Shown here: in pieces, positions 1-12,600 of the stretch
Numbering within the stretch: the stretch's first letter is position 1
Layout: each line of letters begins with the position of its first letter
NCBI GenBank assembly: GCA_037447605.1
Contig: CM074821.1
Coordinates: 620,001-684,000, forward strand
DNA length: 64,000 nucleotides
Origin: Zygnema circumcarinatum SAG 698-1b
Taxonomy: Eukaryota > Plantae > Zygnematophyceae
Direction of reading: 5' to 3'
Translations under genes and position numbers: made by a program
The notes under the pieces: generated by a model
Database searches by the model: none
What the model was told of the DNA's origin: nothing
What the model saw: only the letters and a program-made list of their open reading frames with translations

Positions 1-3000
1 AGGAAACGACGAACTGCAATGCATCTCCTAGCATTGGCTAAGTACACTTCAACAACCAGAAATTCAATCAACACTCAGTGCAGGTCACCTGCTGTTGCTT
101 GGCCACCGACTCCCGTATCTTCCGCAAAGTCTCCATCTTGAAACGGAGCAATAATCCCTCGCAGGGACACTGCCTCCCTCTCCACTCTCTACTCTCTTCT
201 CTCTACTCTCTTGTCTTTCACCTCTCTCTCCTCTCTCTGCTCTTCACTCTCTTCTCTCTTCTCTCACCTCTCTCTCCTCTCCTCTCTCACCTCTCTTCGC
301 CTCTGGACCCTCTCAACGCTCCGAAGACAAAAACAGATGCGTGCAAAAGTATGTCAAATGCCGTGGATCATCATCTCTCAGCCTTTGAATGAATAGCTCG
401 ATTCGTTCGAATTATCACTCCCCAACGTTTCAATCATTTATATTATTGATCGAATCTCAGGCATGTTTCCTGAACAGATCATGTCACCATCCCCCCAGAC
501 CTCCATGGCTGCCAAGCTCTCTGAAGCAGGTATCCATGGCGGCAACTGCAAGAAGTCGTCGTTTAGGGTTTCGCGCTGTTCAAAAAAGGGGCCCACTTTT
601 TCGGCAACGGCAGGAAAGGTTTCCATGTGAAAGCTGTTCCGTTAACCGTTGCAAATGTATACAACCAATAACTATTCGCCACGCAAGCAATAAAATTCTC
701 TCCTGAAATTTGAAACTCAGACGTATTTGCCAATCAGGGTTTGTCACGTCAGATTATTGTTACACGTGGCAAATTGAGATTGGTTGAAATCCACACAGCT
801 AACAAACCGGGTTTCCAGTTTCCAACCTGGTTACGGTCAGATTTTCAAACCGCGCACGCGTGGTCCTCGACGACATGGAACCACGCTAATATCAACAGAC
901 ACAGTGCGTTCTCTTATCCAATGATATTGTGCCACGTCGCATTGCAAATTGTGTTCGGGCATAGAAACCATGGTTGTTAGAAATTTGAGTTTGGTCAACG
1001 CCGGTTGAATTTTCTGCCTTCCGCAGGACCGAAAGGTGTCGTTGGCGGGACTACCAACCGGTGACCGCTACTGGAAACTGAAGCGCAAAGAAACCGTAGA
1101 TACTGACACAACAGTTTTTACTTAGAAACCGGAAGGGGGAGGCTTATGAACCCCAAGCAAACCATGGCCAACGAACTCCTCATGAACTTTGCAACCATTG
1201 CCTGAGCATTGTACTTGATCAACATCCGCCATTGCACTAATTACAGCTTGCCTAAGGCTTCCTCTCTAAGCTAGAGAAAGAAAAGATACTTCAACATCAA
1301 CATGCTATTGTCAGTATGTGCGCAAAGCGAAGCGAACGCGCTAGTGGTAGCGCACAGCCGCACGGGATAGCGATACCGCCAAGTTGCAAGTTTGCACAAC
1401 GAAATGGAGGAGCTCGCTGAACCCAAATGCAGAACTTGCTACAAGAACTTGGTTCCAAGTTCGAGCGGTCGGATTTCCATAGAGCCATCCCTGCCAAAGG
1501 GCAATCCTTGCGCCATGGCATCCATCCGCGTGCATGCATGCATGCATGCGGGCATGGCATGGCTGCAGCCCCGGCAGGGCACATTTGGAGACATGACCGC
1601 ATGGTCGCTTTCTTCATCATTGCGAACTACCGAACGGGCGAGCACCGTCCAACGCGGATTCGCCATCTGCAAGCATAGTACACGTGGCGAGTCCTCATTG
1701 TGCGCGGCCAAAATGTCGGTGCAAAGTCGGCGCAATATGTCGATTCCGCCACGTCGCTTGCGAAACGTGCGGTACGTGGCCGTGTCCAGAAGTGCCATGT
1801 CACTATTATCCAACTTTCGTCGGCGACCGTCGGCCGGCCGTCAACTTGCCGGCTGACCGTCCCGATTCCGTAGGCAGAAACGGACAAAAAATTGAAATTT
1901 TTAAGGTTGTTCGTACAGCTCGAAGTGCCAGATCTCCTTCCAGATATCCAGTTTCCTGCGCGCTGATTGGTCGGACGGTTCCAGGGCGGTTTTTGGGGCA
2001 AGCTGTGCGTGACCAACTTGAGCGTACGGATTTGTTTTCGTGGAAAAAGTCAGACTTTGGCTACAATATTTGTCCGGCATGTTTTTTGTCGTCATATGTG
2101 ACGACGCGTATCCGGTCGTTCCTTAAATACGGACGATGTCGCTATTTACTGTATCTGTACGCTTTCGATTAGTCACGTCACGTTCTGGTCGGTGGTTTTG
2201 TCGTTATTAGTGTCCTGTCTCCATAATCGGCTATTTTTGTCGTCTTCCCTGGAAACTGCAAAAAGTTTGTTGCGTGGAAATTGAAAGGTCGCGAATCGCG
2301 ATGTGGGGAAAAAAACGCCGAAACCAAAATAAAATAGAATCCCCGCTCATTCTGATTGGCTTATTATATTTCACGGTCAGATCGGGGTTTTTCGGGCAGC
2401 CCTATGACATTTGTCAAACGGCGGCATCTTTTACGAATCTCGTTTGATGCCTTTTTCCCCTTCACCAATGATAGTAGGCCACCTGTCACTCCATATATTT
2501 CTTTCCCTTCCCAAAGTTTTTTTTACCCCTGCCCATTCCCCTCCAGCCAATCACAGCTGCTTCTCACATCCTCACACCTGCCCGTCGCAGGAATGTCGCA
2601 CTACGTCGCCTTTGTAATCGCATGAACGTGTCGCAGATCGCTTTCCGCAGTCGCACGCACTCAGGTGGCGCCACGTGTCGGCTTGAAAGCGCTCAAAAGG
2701 TACGTCCGTACGTCCTTGTGTCCGTACACTCCCTCCTGCCCTAGGACCGGCGCGCGCCGGCACTCGGAACTGGACTGTAGCGGAAGAGGGAGGGAGGGAG
2801 GTGGCGACGGTGAGAGGGAGAGGGAGAGGCAGAGGGAGAGTCTTAAGGGAGAGATGGGGAGGGGAAGGGGAGTTAGTCAGAGGGGAAGACAGCGAGAGAG
2901 AGAGACCGAGAGAGAGAAAAAGAGGAGGGGAGAGAGAGGCAGGGAGAGGGGAAAGAGAGAGGGGGAGAGAGTGGCTGGCGTGAACAGGAGCGGCATTCGG

Positions 3001-3025
3001 CAGAGTTGCAGACGCAGAGCAGCTT

Positions 3026-3075
3026 CAGATTAGGGCAGATTAGGGTTCGCAGATTAGGGTTCGCAGATTAGGGTT
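3026..3075 (+). repeat. Tandem 14-bp repeat CAGATTAGGGTTCG (telo-box-like) in 5' leader of U-box kinase 1
   Basis: Four consecutive CAGATTAGGG(TTCG) units, 50-100 bp upstream of the ATG. Confidence 0.85.
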
Positions 3076-3125
3076 GGGTCAGGATGAACTGAAGGAGGGG
3101 CCGTCTGAAGCAGCAGCCGCAGAGC

Positions 3126-6100
3126 ATGGGAAGGCCCGCCATGGCGTCTGCCGCAGAAGAAGACGAGCCGGGACACGTGGTAGGCGCCCGGCGAGCCACG
3201 TGGTGGCTCGTGGAGGTGCCAGATGGCCTGCTGGGCGGCGCGCTGGGGCGGAGCCTCGCCAGCGCGGAGGGCCTGCGCGACCTCGTGCGACGCGTGGGCG
3301 AGGTGTTCGCCGTCGCAGCGGGCGACATGCGCAGCATGGGCATGGCCATGGCCATGGAGGAGGGGCGCCGTGACGTCATGCCGGGCATCATGCTGGTGCA
3401 TGTGCTGACGCACGTGCACACGTGCGACTGTGAGTGCGCGCTGGGGGGCTGTGGGGACCCCTTTTTTTTTTTGTTACTTTTTTTTGGCAAGGAGGTGCAG
3501 AAGGTACGGTTGGGGAGGTTGAAGGTTTTGGAGGAATTAGGGTTCGTGTCCCTCTCGAGGGAGCTTCCGCCGCTGCTGTTTTTTTTTACTTTAAACGGTT
3601 GGGAGGAGGCATTGATCTGTCTCGGTGTGACAAGACATTCCTACCGCCTCCCCCCCCCTTTCCCTTTTCTTGGGGGAGTTTAAGCTAACTATAGATGTAA
3701 ACCTACACATGCAGTGGGGGCGAAAGTGCGAGTGAGCGCGGTGGAGTCGCCGAAGCTTGTGAAGCAGAAGGCGCTCCTCATCAAGAAGTGGATGCAGAAG
3801 TTTGCGGAGACTGTTCCGCAGCACAGGGTATGCCGAAACACTTCAGGTTCAGTTTCTCTTTCAGTTCCAGTTTCATTTGCAGTCGCAGGTGCAGTTACAG
3901 TTTGCACTAGATTGTAGTTTGCAGTTTGCTGCTTCAGTTACAGTTTCAGTTTGAAGCCAGAGACATGGAACAGCGCCCTCAAGCAGAGGGGCTGGTGCAG
4001 GTCCGCGTGCATGTGGAGGTCAATGACGGGAGGCCCGAGGGCCTCTGTGAAGTGGCTCGCCGTCTCCGCGCAGAAAGGCTCTATCTTCCCGTCACAAAGT
4101 GAGTAGTTTTTCCCCTCTTTCTCTCCCTCTCCCTCTCCCTCTCCCTCTCCCTCTTCCTCTCCCTCTTCCTCTCCCTCTTCCTCTCCCCCACTTTCTCTCT
4201 CTCTCCCCCTCTCTCTCTCCCCCCCTCTCTCTCNNNNNNNNNNCTCTCTCTCCCCCTCTCTCTCTCTCCCCCCCTCTCTCTCTCCCCCTCTCTCTCTCCC
4301 CCTCTCTCTCTCCCCCCCTCTCTCTCTCCCCCCCTCTCTCTCTCTCCCCCTCTCTCTGCTCATCTTGCCGCCATTGGGGAATGCTGTGCAGGCCTCTGAT
4401 GGCTGTCTGGTCGAAGTCCCCTGGAAACACCTTCCAGCGGTGTGCCCATAGCCTGCCAGTTGGCTGCCTATTGCAGGCTGTGCTCAAAGGGGAGAAGTGC
4501 GGTAGTCCGGTCATTGCGGGAGAAGTTTCCCGGAAACTTTCTGATTTGGAAGAAGTTTCTGATTCTGCTACGAGAGCCAATACCCAAAGTCAGAGAAGGC
4601 CATGGTTTCTCTCTCTCACATCTCCTCAAGGAAAGAGAGAGCGAGAGAGAGGAGAGAGAGGAGAGAGACGAGGTCGGTCGGAGGGAGGGCAGACAGATCA
4701 ATGGCCATTAGAATTCTCGGGGGAAGTGTCGCAAAATTCAGAGTTCAGTCGTACCCAACAAAGCGAGTCTTTTACTCTTTCCTCTTCTCCTTCTTTTACT
4801 TTGGAATCTCCCTCCTCGCCTACTCCTCCTCCCATCATCTTCAGAGGGTTTCAAGAAGGTGAACCTGCTGGTGGATCTGGTAGAGCTGAGTGGATCCAGG
4901 GATCCACCTCTGATTTTCGTCCAAGTTCTTGGTTCAGCCCATCTATTGGAGTTTTAGAGAGGGCAACTTCAGGGTCGGAGAGCAGCCCATCTTCAGGGAG
5001 GGGCTCTTTTAGAGGGTCGGAATCATCGCATTCTGACAGCCCAAAATTGTCAGGGATGCCTACTTTAGGGCTTCCGGTGTCGAACTCGTTTTTTAATTTC
5101 TGTAAGGAAGAAGGAACAGATTATCTGCAGAGATTTAATTTTGAGGATGGAGGTACGGTTGAACGGGAGCAGCTTTCAGGGACCTGTTTAGGCGAAGAAT
5201 CTCCCACAATTTCGCCGGTGAGATCGGAAGAAATTACGGAAATAGGGATGTTGGGTTCAGAAAGAAGGAATATAACTTGTGAGAGGTTTCTTACAAGCGA
5301 GATTAGGCACCTTGAACGGACTTCTAAAGCTGCGAAAATTGAGGAAATTCAAAGTGGAATAGTGGGGGTTTCAACAGAGCCATTCCCTTCTCTCCAATCT
5401 TCCATGGCAACTCTTTCTCTATTCCCTTACATGCAGACAGGATTCCCTCAACCACTAACCCAAACCCACAACATACAACCTCCGCTCCCTTCAAGCTCAT
5501 CATACTTTGAACAGCCATGGCTTCAAGCTTCGTGTTCCTCTCCCTCCTCTCACTCCTCTCACTCCTCTCCTACCTCCTCCCGCACCCCACACTCCTCTCA
5601 CAACCCTCACACCTCCACTCACCTCCCATCTCACACCTCTCACATCCCTTCCTCTCAAAATGCTCTCCTATTTTCACCTCTACTCGGACCTTCTCCGTTA
5701 GGACTGCAGCTCTCTCCTCGCACAGTCTCCTCCCAGTCCGCCATGTCTTCTTTAGGAGTAGAAGGAGAGCTTTCTGAGCAGATGGTGAAATATCAAATGG
5801 CCATGTGGAGCATGCTGCACCATCGCATTGAGATGGAACTTGGAAAGGCAAATATTCAGCAAAGTTTAAGGGCAGAGGAGGAAGGACAACAGGCTTCAAA
5901 TCAGGTTAGCTTTTGCCGCATCTTAACTCTCATTTCACTCGCATCAATGCTGGCAGAAAAGTGACGAAATGAAGAAATGTGAAGCAAAATTTATTTTTTT
6001 GGGGGGGGATCGGCAGGCAGAGAAGATAAGCAAACCTGTGGAAGATGTTATGGCTTCTTTGCGGAAATCCGGCTTCAATTTGTACTCTGCTGAGCAGACC

Positions 6101-8155
6101 ATGGCTGCCTGTGATGGGTTCAGCGAAGAGAGGCTCATTGGGAGAGGTGGCTATGGCGAGGTTTATTTGGCTGAACTCGACCACATGAAGGTGGCGGTGA
6201 AGAGGATCAAAGTGAACCCTAGGAATCTTGAAGGCTTCAAAAAGGAGGTGACCAAGGAAGAAGAAGCATGTTCACCTATTTCTCTACGGAAAAAATAGAT
6301 ATATAACAAAAGATATATATTTGATGTTTTGTTTTGTTGTTTTAACTCGTGCAATTTACTAGTCCTCTTTCAAGTAGCTTGGGGACATCACAGATTTCTG
6401 TGAGCCTGTTTTTATGGGAGGAAGGGAGAGAGGGGGGGGGGGAGGGGGGAGGATTAGTGTTTGAAATTGGGCTTGTGTTGTTTTGGGTTATGTAGGAGAT
6501 TCTTTGAGACTAAACCCATTCCATCTCTGCCATTCTTTTGCATTATTTGAACACATAATTGTTGCGGTTGACAGGTGGAGATTCACTCCCCTCTTCGACA
6601 TGCGAACGTCGTTCAGTTTATTGGCTGTTGCGTCGACGAAGAACGGCCGTGCTTGGTAACGGAATACATGGCGGGGGGCAGTTTGGATGATCGTTTGAGG
6701 TTGAAGGAGGGAAGTCAACTGAAACCTTTGCATTGGACGCAACGTGTCGAAATTTTCAAAGACATTTGCTGCGGTCTGCTGTATCTCCACCGGAGGTAGT
6801 CTCTCGCTCCTCCCAATCCTCTCCTTTTCTCTCATCCTCCCTTTTCCCTTTCAAATTTTCTCTTTTTCCTGCTCGTCGGTTTATTCTCTTGAACGTTAGA
6901 GTAAATAATGTCACTAGCACACCAGTGTTTGGCACAGTGATTGCATCACTTTCTCTGTCGTTGTCTCCCTCTTTCCCCCTCTACTACACCTATCTCTCTC
7001 TCCCACTTCCTCTCCCTCTTCCCTCCATCCTTCCCCTGTCCCTGCCTCCCCACTTTTTCCTTTCTCTCTCCCTTTCCGCCTCCCTCCATCTCTCCATCTG
7101 CCACCTCCCTTTCTCCCTCCCTCTCTCCGGCTCAACTCTTTCCCCTCCTCCCTCTCCTACCCCTTCGTCCTTACCCTCTCCGCTCCTCCGTCCCTCCTCC
7201 TCTTCCCTTCCTTCCATCATCCCACCCTCCCCCTCACTACCTCCTCTCCCTCCCTCCTGCAGAGAGTCCCCCATCATCCACCGCGACATCAAGCCCGCCA
7301 ACATTCTGCTGAGTAAAGACCTCCAAGCGAAAATCAGTGACGTTGGTCTTGCCCATGTTATGGAGGGAGTCAATTTCGAAACTTCCGTCTCCTTCTCTGA
7401 GCCTGTGGGAGTGGGAAGCACGGGTTACATGGACCCCGAATACATTCGTTTGGGGAAGGCAGGACCAAGTTCGGATGTGTTTGCTCTTGGGATGGTGTTG
7501 GTCGACCTTCTTCACTTTCACGTGAGCTTAGCGAGAAGGGGAAAGTTCATTCAGAGTTTGGAGCAGGTTGTGATGGAGGGAGATGAGGAGAAGCTGGTGG
7601 GGTTGCTGGATATCTCTGCAGGGAAGTGGCCTGGGCGGCTGTCTATGCAGTTGGCTCAGTTAGCGTTGGGCTGCACGGAACTGCAGCCACGGAAAAGACC
7701 AGACTTGGTGGAGGGTGTATGGAAGGTGTTGGATGGACTGCAGGAGGAAGTGGAGAGGGGGAAGGTAGAGCTCGCAGCAATGTCCAATTTAGAGGCGGAG
7801 CTGGAAATGGAGTTGCGATATCGGTGTCCTATCACAAAGGTGGGTTTTCACTTCTGGTAGATTTTTTTGGCTTCTGCGATGTGTATTGGTCTGTTTCTGC
7901 CTTTTCTTTCGTTTTTCTGATGTGGGTTTGCCGTGTTTTGAGGTTCTGCAGGAAGTTATGGAATGGCCTGTCGTAGCAGCGGATGGGCATAACTATGAGA
8001 AAAATGCGATTGAGAGATGGTTTCTGGAAGGAAACAGGACTTCACCGATGACAAATTCCTTAATGGAACATTTCATGCTCGTGCCAAACAATGACTTGCG
8101 CTCCGCTATTCAAAATTGTAGATCGAGAAGGCGTTCAGGGAGTCCCGGAGACTGA
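3126..8155 (+). CDS. U-box domain receptor-like cytoplasmic kinase (USP-like domain + Ser-rich linker + RD kinase + U-box; RLCK-IXb/PUB33-type), paralog 1
   Basis: Eight exons join in frame at GT-AG sites: ~3126/3141-3429, 3715-3827, 3950-4098, 4392-5904, 6017-6247, 6575-6795, 7263-7839, 7952-8155. Motifs: VEVNDGRPEGLCEVARRL (USP-like), GRGGYGEVY, VAVKR, HRDIKPANILL, DVGLAH, GYMDPEY, U-box YRCPITK|EVMEWPVVAADGHNYEKNAIERW...SPMTN. Confidence 0.92.
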
Positions 8156-9606
8156 AAAATGGGAAGGAGCCGAGGTCGATTTTGAACATCGGAGAGCAGA
8201 TAAGCAGATCGCCTGGTGTAAGCCGGCAAAATTTTGTACTTTGGAGCAGCAAGGGCGGAGGCATAGCGCAAAACGTTGGAAAACTCCTGTTTTGGACAGG
8301 AAGTTGACATCTGTGCTGAATGCTGAAGAAGGAAAAGAGAGGAGTGCGAAGAGAGGGAAGAAGGGAAGCCTTTTGTGTATTGTAAAGTGGAGGAAGCGAT
8401 GAGAAGGAGAGGATGGACGAGAGGCGAGCGAGGGAGCCTTCTTTGTATATTGTTGTCGGAAGGGGCTCGAACAGTGTACAGAGAGTAAATTACGGTAAAA
8501 AGAGGAGGTCATCGTCAGTGTGAGGAATAGAACCGGAACCCTAATTGACCGATTATAGAGGCCGTGCTTTACCCATGTAATGCCCGCTAAGTAGGCTCAG
8601 ACTCAGTTGAATACAGTGAAGAGAGTAGGGGGCTTTTTCTAGGAAGGAGCAGCTGCATATATAAGCTTGTACAATTGTACCCTTGCAGTAGACTGAACTG
8701 TTAGCACGTGACGTCTGATTCGTTGCGAATAAGAGGTGGAGCAGGAGGCGGAGCAGAGATCTGCATTGCCGTTTTGGCCGGACGACTCATGGAACCGCCC
8801 TATACTGTTTGATCCGTTTCCATGTGTACATCTGTTCGGCTATTAATTTGAGAGAATGTTACCAAGTTGAGACAGGCTGTACGGTTCTGAAAATTATTCC
8901 CATTAGTACCTTTGTTTTTCAAATGATAAAGAACGCGAAACCATGAACGGCTCTCAACTTGGAAGTAGAAAAGCGCTCATGGCTTCCAACTCAGGGTGGA
9001 AAAAACCCAAAACCAAAAATCAATATCTGAAAACCAGAAACCCAGCCTCAAAAAAAATCTGTCAACCAAAATTGTGCTTCGGTTTCGAAAGCGTTGTGGT
9101 TTTTAGATTGGGCAGAGGAGGCCAGAGGAACGACAGGGAAAAACAATTAAAAATTCAAATAATCATCTATACAAGTTAAAAAACTATAACCTGTAGGCCA
9201 TCGAGCGATGACCGTTGACTGCTGACTGCCCAGTCTCCATTTATCGCCTCCGCTAATTAATTATGAATGGGAGAAATGAAAATGTAATCTGGTGGCCCTT
9301 TACAAAAAATATTCTTCTTATTTGTGGAAGATACCGAGCCGGCCTGCTGCGCATGGAAAGGCAGAGGACGAGCTACAAACTGAGAACTGCCACTTTACAT
9401 GACTAACCTACTCGACGTCCTAGTCAATAATTAAAGTGAGAATGGTACCAAAAAATACCTGGACGGCCCTCCTTCCACCATTCAGGGATGCCTGCCTCTC
9501 TGTGTTTTACTCTTTGACTGCTACCGTTGCTCAAAACTGAACGTAACGCATGTAGCCAGCCATACCTCTAGCGCAGCACCTTGTAAGGGCGCACCGTCAC
9601 GTCACG

Positions 9607-12600
9607 TCACGGCCTCTCCGTAAGGTTCAAGGCCTGAAAGCGCTTTTTTCGCGCTCGTTTTTCACGAAACTCTTGAATGAGGGAGCGGAGGTTGTGATTG
9701 GGAACAACGCTATTTGAGGGGAGGACTTCACTGGTGATGGGCGAAGTATCGTGGTGCTGCAGCCACTGCTCGATGGCGTCTCGCTCATAAGTGAATCCGT
9801 CAGCCGCAATGACAGGGTTCTCCATGATGTCCTGTCTCCGTTAAACAAAAACAGAAACACAAGTGGTAGTTAGCTCTGACAGGCTACATGTGATGACCAC
9901 AGGTTTCAACTGCAATTCAAACCAAGGTTCTTCACTCCCTCCCTCCCCTGTTCCTCGTCCCCTCCTTCCCGTCTCCCCTCTCCCCCCTCCCACCTCCCTC
10001 TCTCCAGCCTCCCCCCTCCCTCTCCCCCTCCCACACAACCTAATACTTGCAAGGGAACGGAAAAGGAGGAGAGACAGTGAAAGTGAAAAAAGGAAAGCGA
10101 AGAAGAGGAAAAGAAAGTGTGGGAGAGAAAAATGTTAGCAGACAATTTTGCCCACCTGTTTGATCGGGCAAAGAAACGACTTCATTTCCATCTCCTCTTC
10201 TTTCCCTGCCTTTTCCAGCTCCTCCTTCAATATCTGATCCACCTCCTCCCTCAGTTTGCAGACAAGCGGCATCACCTGTGTCCCCAAGTCGGGCCGGTCT
10301 CTCCTCCTCACTTGGCAGCAGCGAGATGCCACGTGGCAGAGCTGCAGGGCAACTGTTCCGGGCCACTTCCCTGCCGAAGGATCGAGAATGTTCTGCATCT
10401 CCTCTATACTGTTCCGTTCTGCCGCCGCTTCCAACCCCTCCAATTTGTCACCATCAACGGCATTTGTTTCCACAGAAATTCCGATGAGCAAGTCCCATAG
10501 AACACGGCCTAATGAAAAGACGTCGGATGAAACTGAGAACTGTCCGAGACGGCTATACATGGGATCTACATATCCAACTGTGCCCACTGCACTTGTATGC
10601 TGCATGTAGGACTTTGTGGGATCCATGTTTATCAAGAATTGAGCAAGACCAACGTCGCCAACTTTGGCGACAAAGGTCTTGTCAAGAAGGATGTTTGCGG
10701 GCTTAACATCTAAATGTACAATTGGAGGTTCTCTGCATTCCCCCAGAGGCAAATCAAACATGCCTTGTGTGAGGATAACGAAACTTCTCTGATTAAAATT
10801 CTTGACCTTTCAGCAACAAGTTTCCTGTTGGTACATAAAGCACTTCCTCCACACAAGAAGTTGAATGCTAGTTTTTAAGGGCCTAGAGCGGAGACTCTAG
10901 TAATGTAATGAGGCCAACCTGCAGTGAAGGTAGAGCAAGGCTCGGCAGAGACTTTCAAAGATATCGAAGCGCATGTTCCAAGAGAGAGGGCTGCCCTTCA
11001 CATCAGTTAAACGGTCGTGAAGGGATCCGTTAGCCATGAGTTCATAAACAAGACATGGCGGCTCTGAGCAGTGCCCCATGAGAAGCACCAAGTGCGGATG
11101 GCGTAGCCCTGCATGAAACTCCACCTGCGACAATGCCCAATTCTCAATATATAAACGTTGTGAACTGTAGAAGGTCAATAATGCTTCGTCTACCTCCCCT
11201 CCCTCTATCTCACTCTGTCGCTCTCTCGCTATCTCTCTCCCATTTTCCAGTCCCCTTCCCTACTACTTTCCCCTAGCTTCTCTCCTTTTTTCTCTTTCTC
11301 CATCCTCGCATAATTTTTTACCCCCCCCAACGTAAACCTCCGCTCCCCCATTCGACCCTTTCCATGTTCTCCCTCTGGGCTGTTCTTCCCTCCTACATCT
11401 CCTCTTTCTTGCCTTGGGGTGTTGAGTGATTGAGTAGCAGGTAGGAAGGTGCCTCTCGTGGAACAGTCCAAAACGATGACGAGTTGCATGCACATACCCC
11501 GATTACCTTCGCTACCAAAACCTCCATGGACTTACCTCGACAGCACATGGCAAAGTGCAGCAATTTAAAACCATGCAAGGTTCCTACAACCAACGCCTTA
11601 TTAAGGTCCTTAAGGTCGCACTTTACCTCTTTTTTGAACTCCGCCAATGCCTTCGCAAGATTTTCATTCTTTATCTTTTTTACTGCTACAGGAGTGTGCG
11701 CCAAGATCCCCCTATACACAGTCCCATACCCTCCATCGCCAATAATCCGGTCGGTGCTAAAATTGTCAGTGGCTGCCTTAATCTCCTCCTCTGTGTAAAT
11801 TCTGAAGACCTGTCTACGCTCCCTTTCTGCTGCATACTCCTGCTGTGCTTCTGCCAGACTTGCTGAAGCCACGGCGGCCGCTTCAAGAGCAGCAATTCTC
11901 GCAGCATCTGCCTCAGCCTGTGCAAAAGCTGCTCGATATGCTGTAGTTTCAGCCTGCACCCAAAAGGGATGATGTGAAGTGAGGAAAAACATGGAAAAAA
12001 AGAATAATCGCACAATAACATACAGTGGAGAGGAGAGAGGAGCGGAGAGATGAGGGAGAGGAGGTGGGGGTAAAAAAAAAAAATCACATGTACCGATGCT
12101 AATTTGGACTAACGTGACTGCTACTTCAATTTTTTACAGTTTTGATTGTACCCTAGGTCTGAGTGCATTCAAAACATGGACTGGCCTTGTAGACTTCAAA
12201 ACGCATTGTGCTTGATGAAGAGTACACTAATTGCTTTGCAACAACCGTTGAACAAAGGTGAAGTCGCCTATGGCAGATCACATTAGAAAAGGAAGATCAT
12301 TTCTGTCAATATTCCTGACAAGAAGGGACATTCAAGGGGTAATTTCAAAAGGACTAAAGCTAGTCCCCTCATAGTTCAAACGTACCTTACAAAAAATAGA
12401 GAACCCAATTTGGCCCAGTGAGACTAGGTCATAACCCCTCTAAAGCTAAAAGTCTCAGTACCTTACAATCCTTAAGCTCACTACTACTGGTGAAACAATC
12501 TGAAGTTGCATTATCAATACAGACGTGTATTGTTATGGTCGAGAATCCATAAAACATATCGAAAACTTTCAAACTTTCAAGGTCTTTCAGGGTTATTAAC

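Noticed and set aside
89-169. Possible 81-nt minus-strand exon at the window start
   Set aside because: It has AG/GT boundaries, but all three frames are open, no family is recognisable, and no consistent upstream exon could be joined.
1297-2172. Overlapping 60-160 aa ORFs on both strands
   Set aside because: No recognisable domains or splice-consistent model. The GC-rich, motif-rich promoter-like sequence explains the open frames.
4099-4391. Leu/Pro/Ser-rich N-terminus of the 621-aa ORF
   Set aside because: Intronic CT tract containing an N gap. The real exon begins at 4392.
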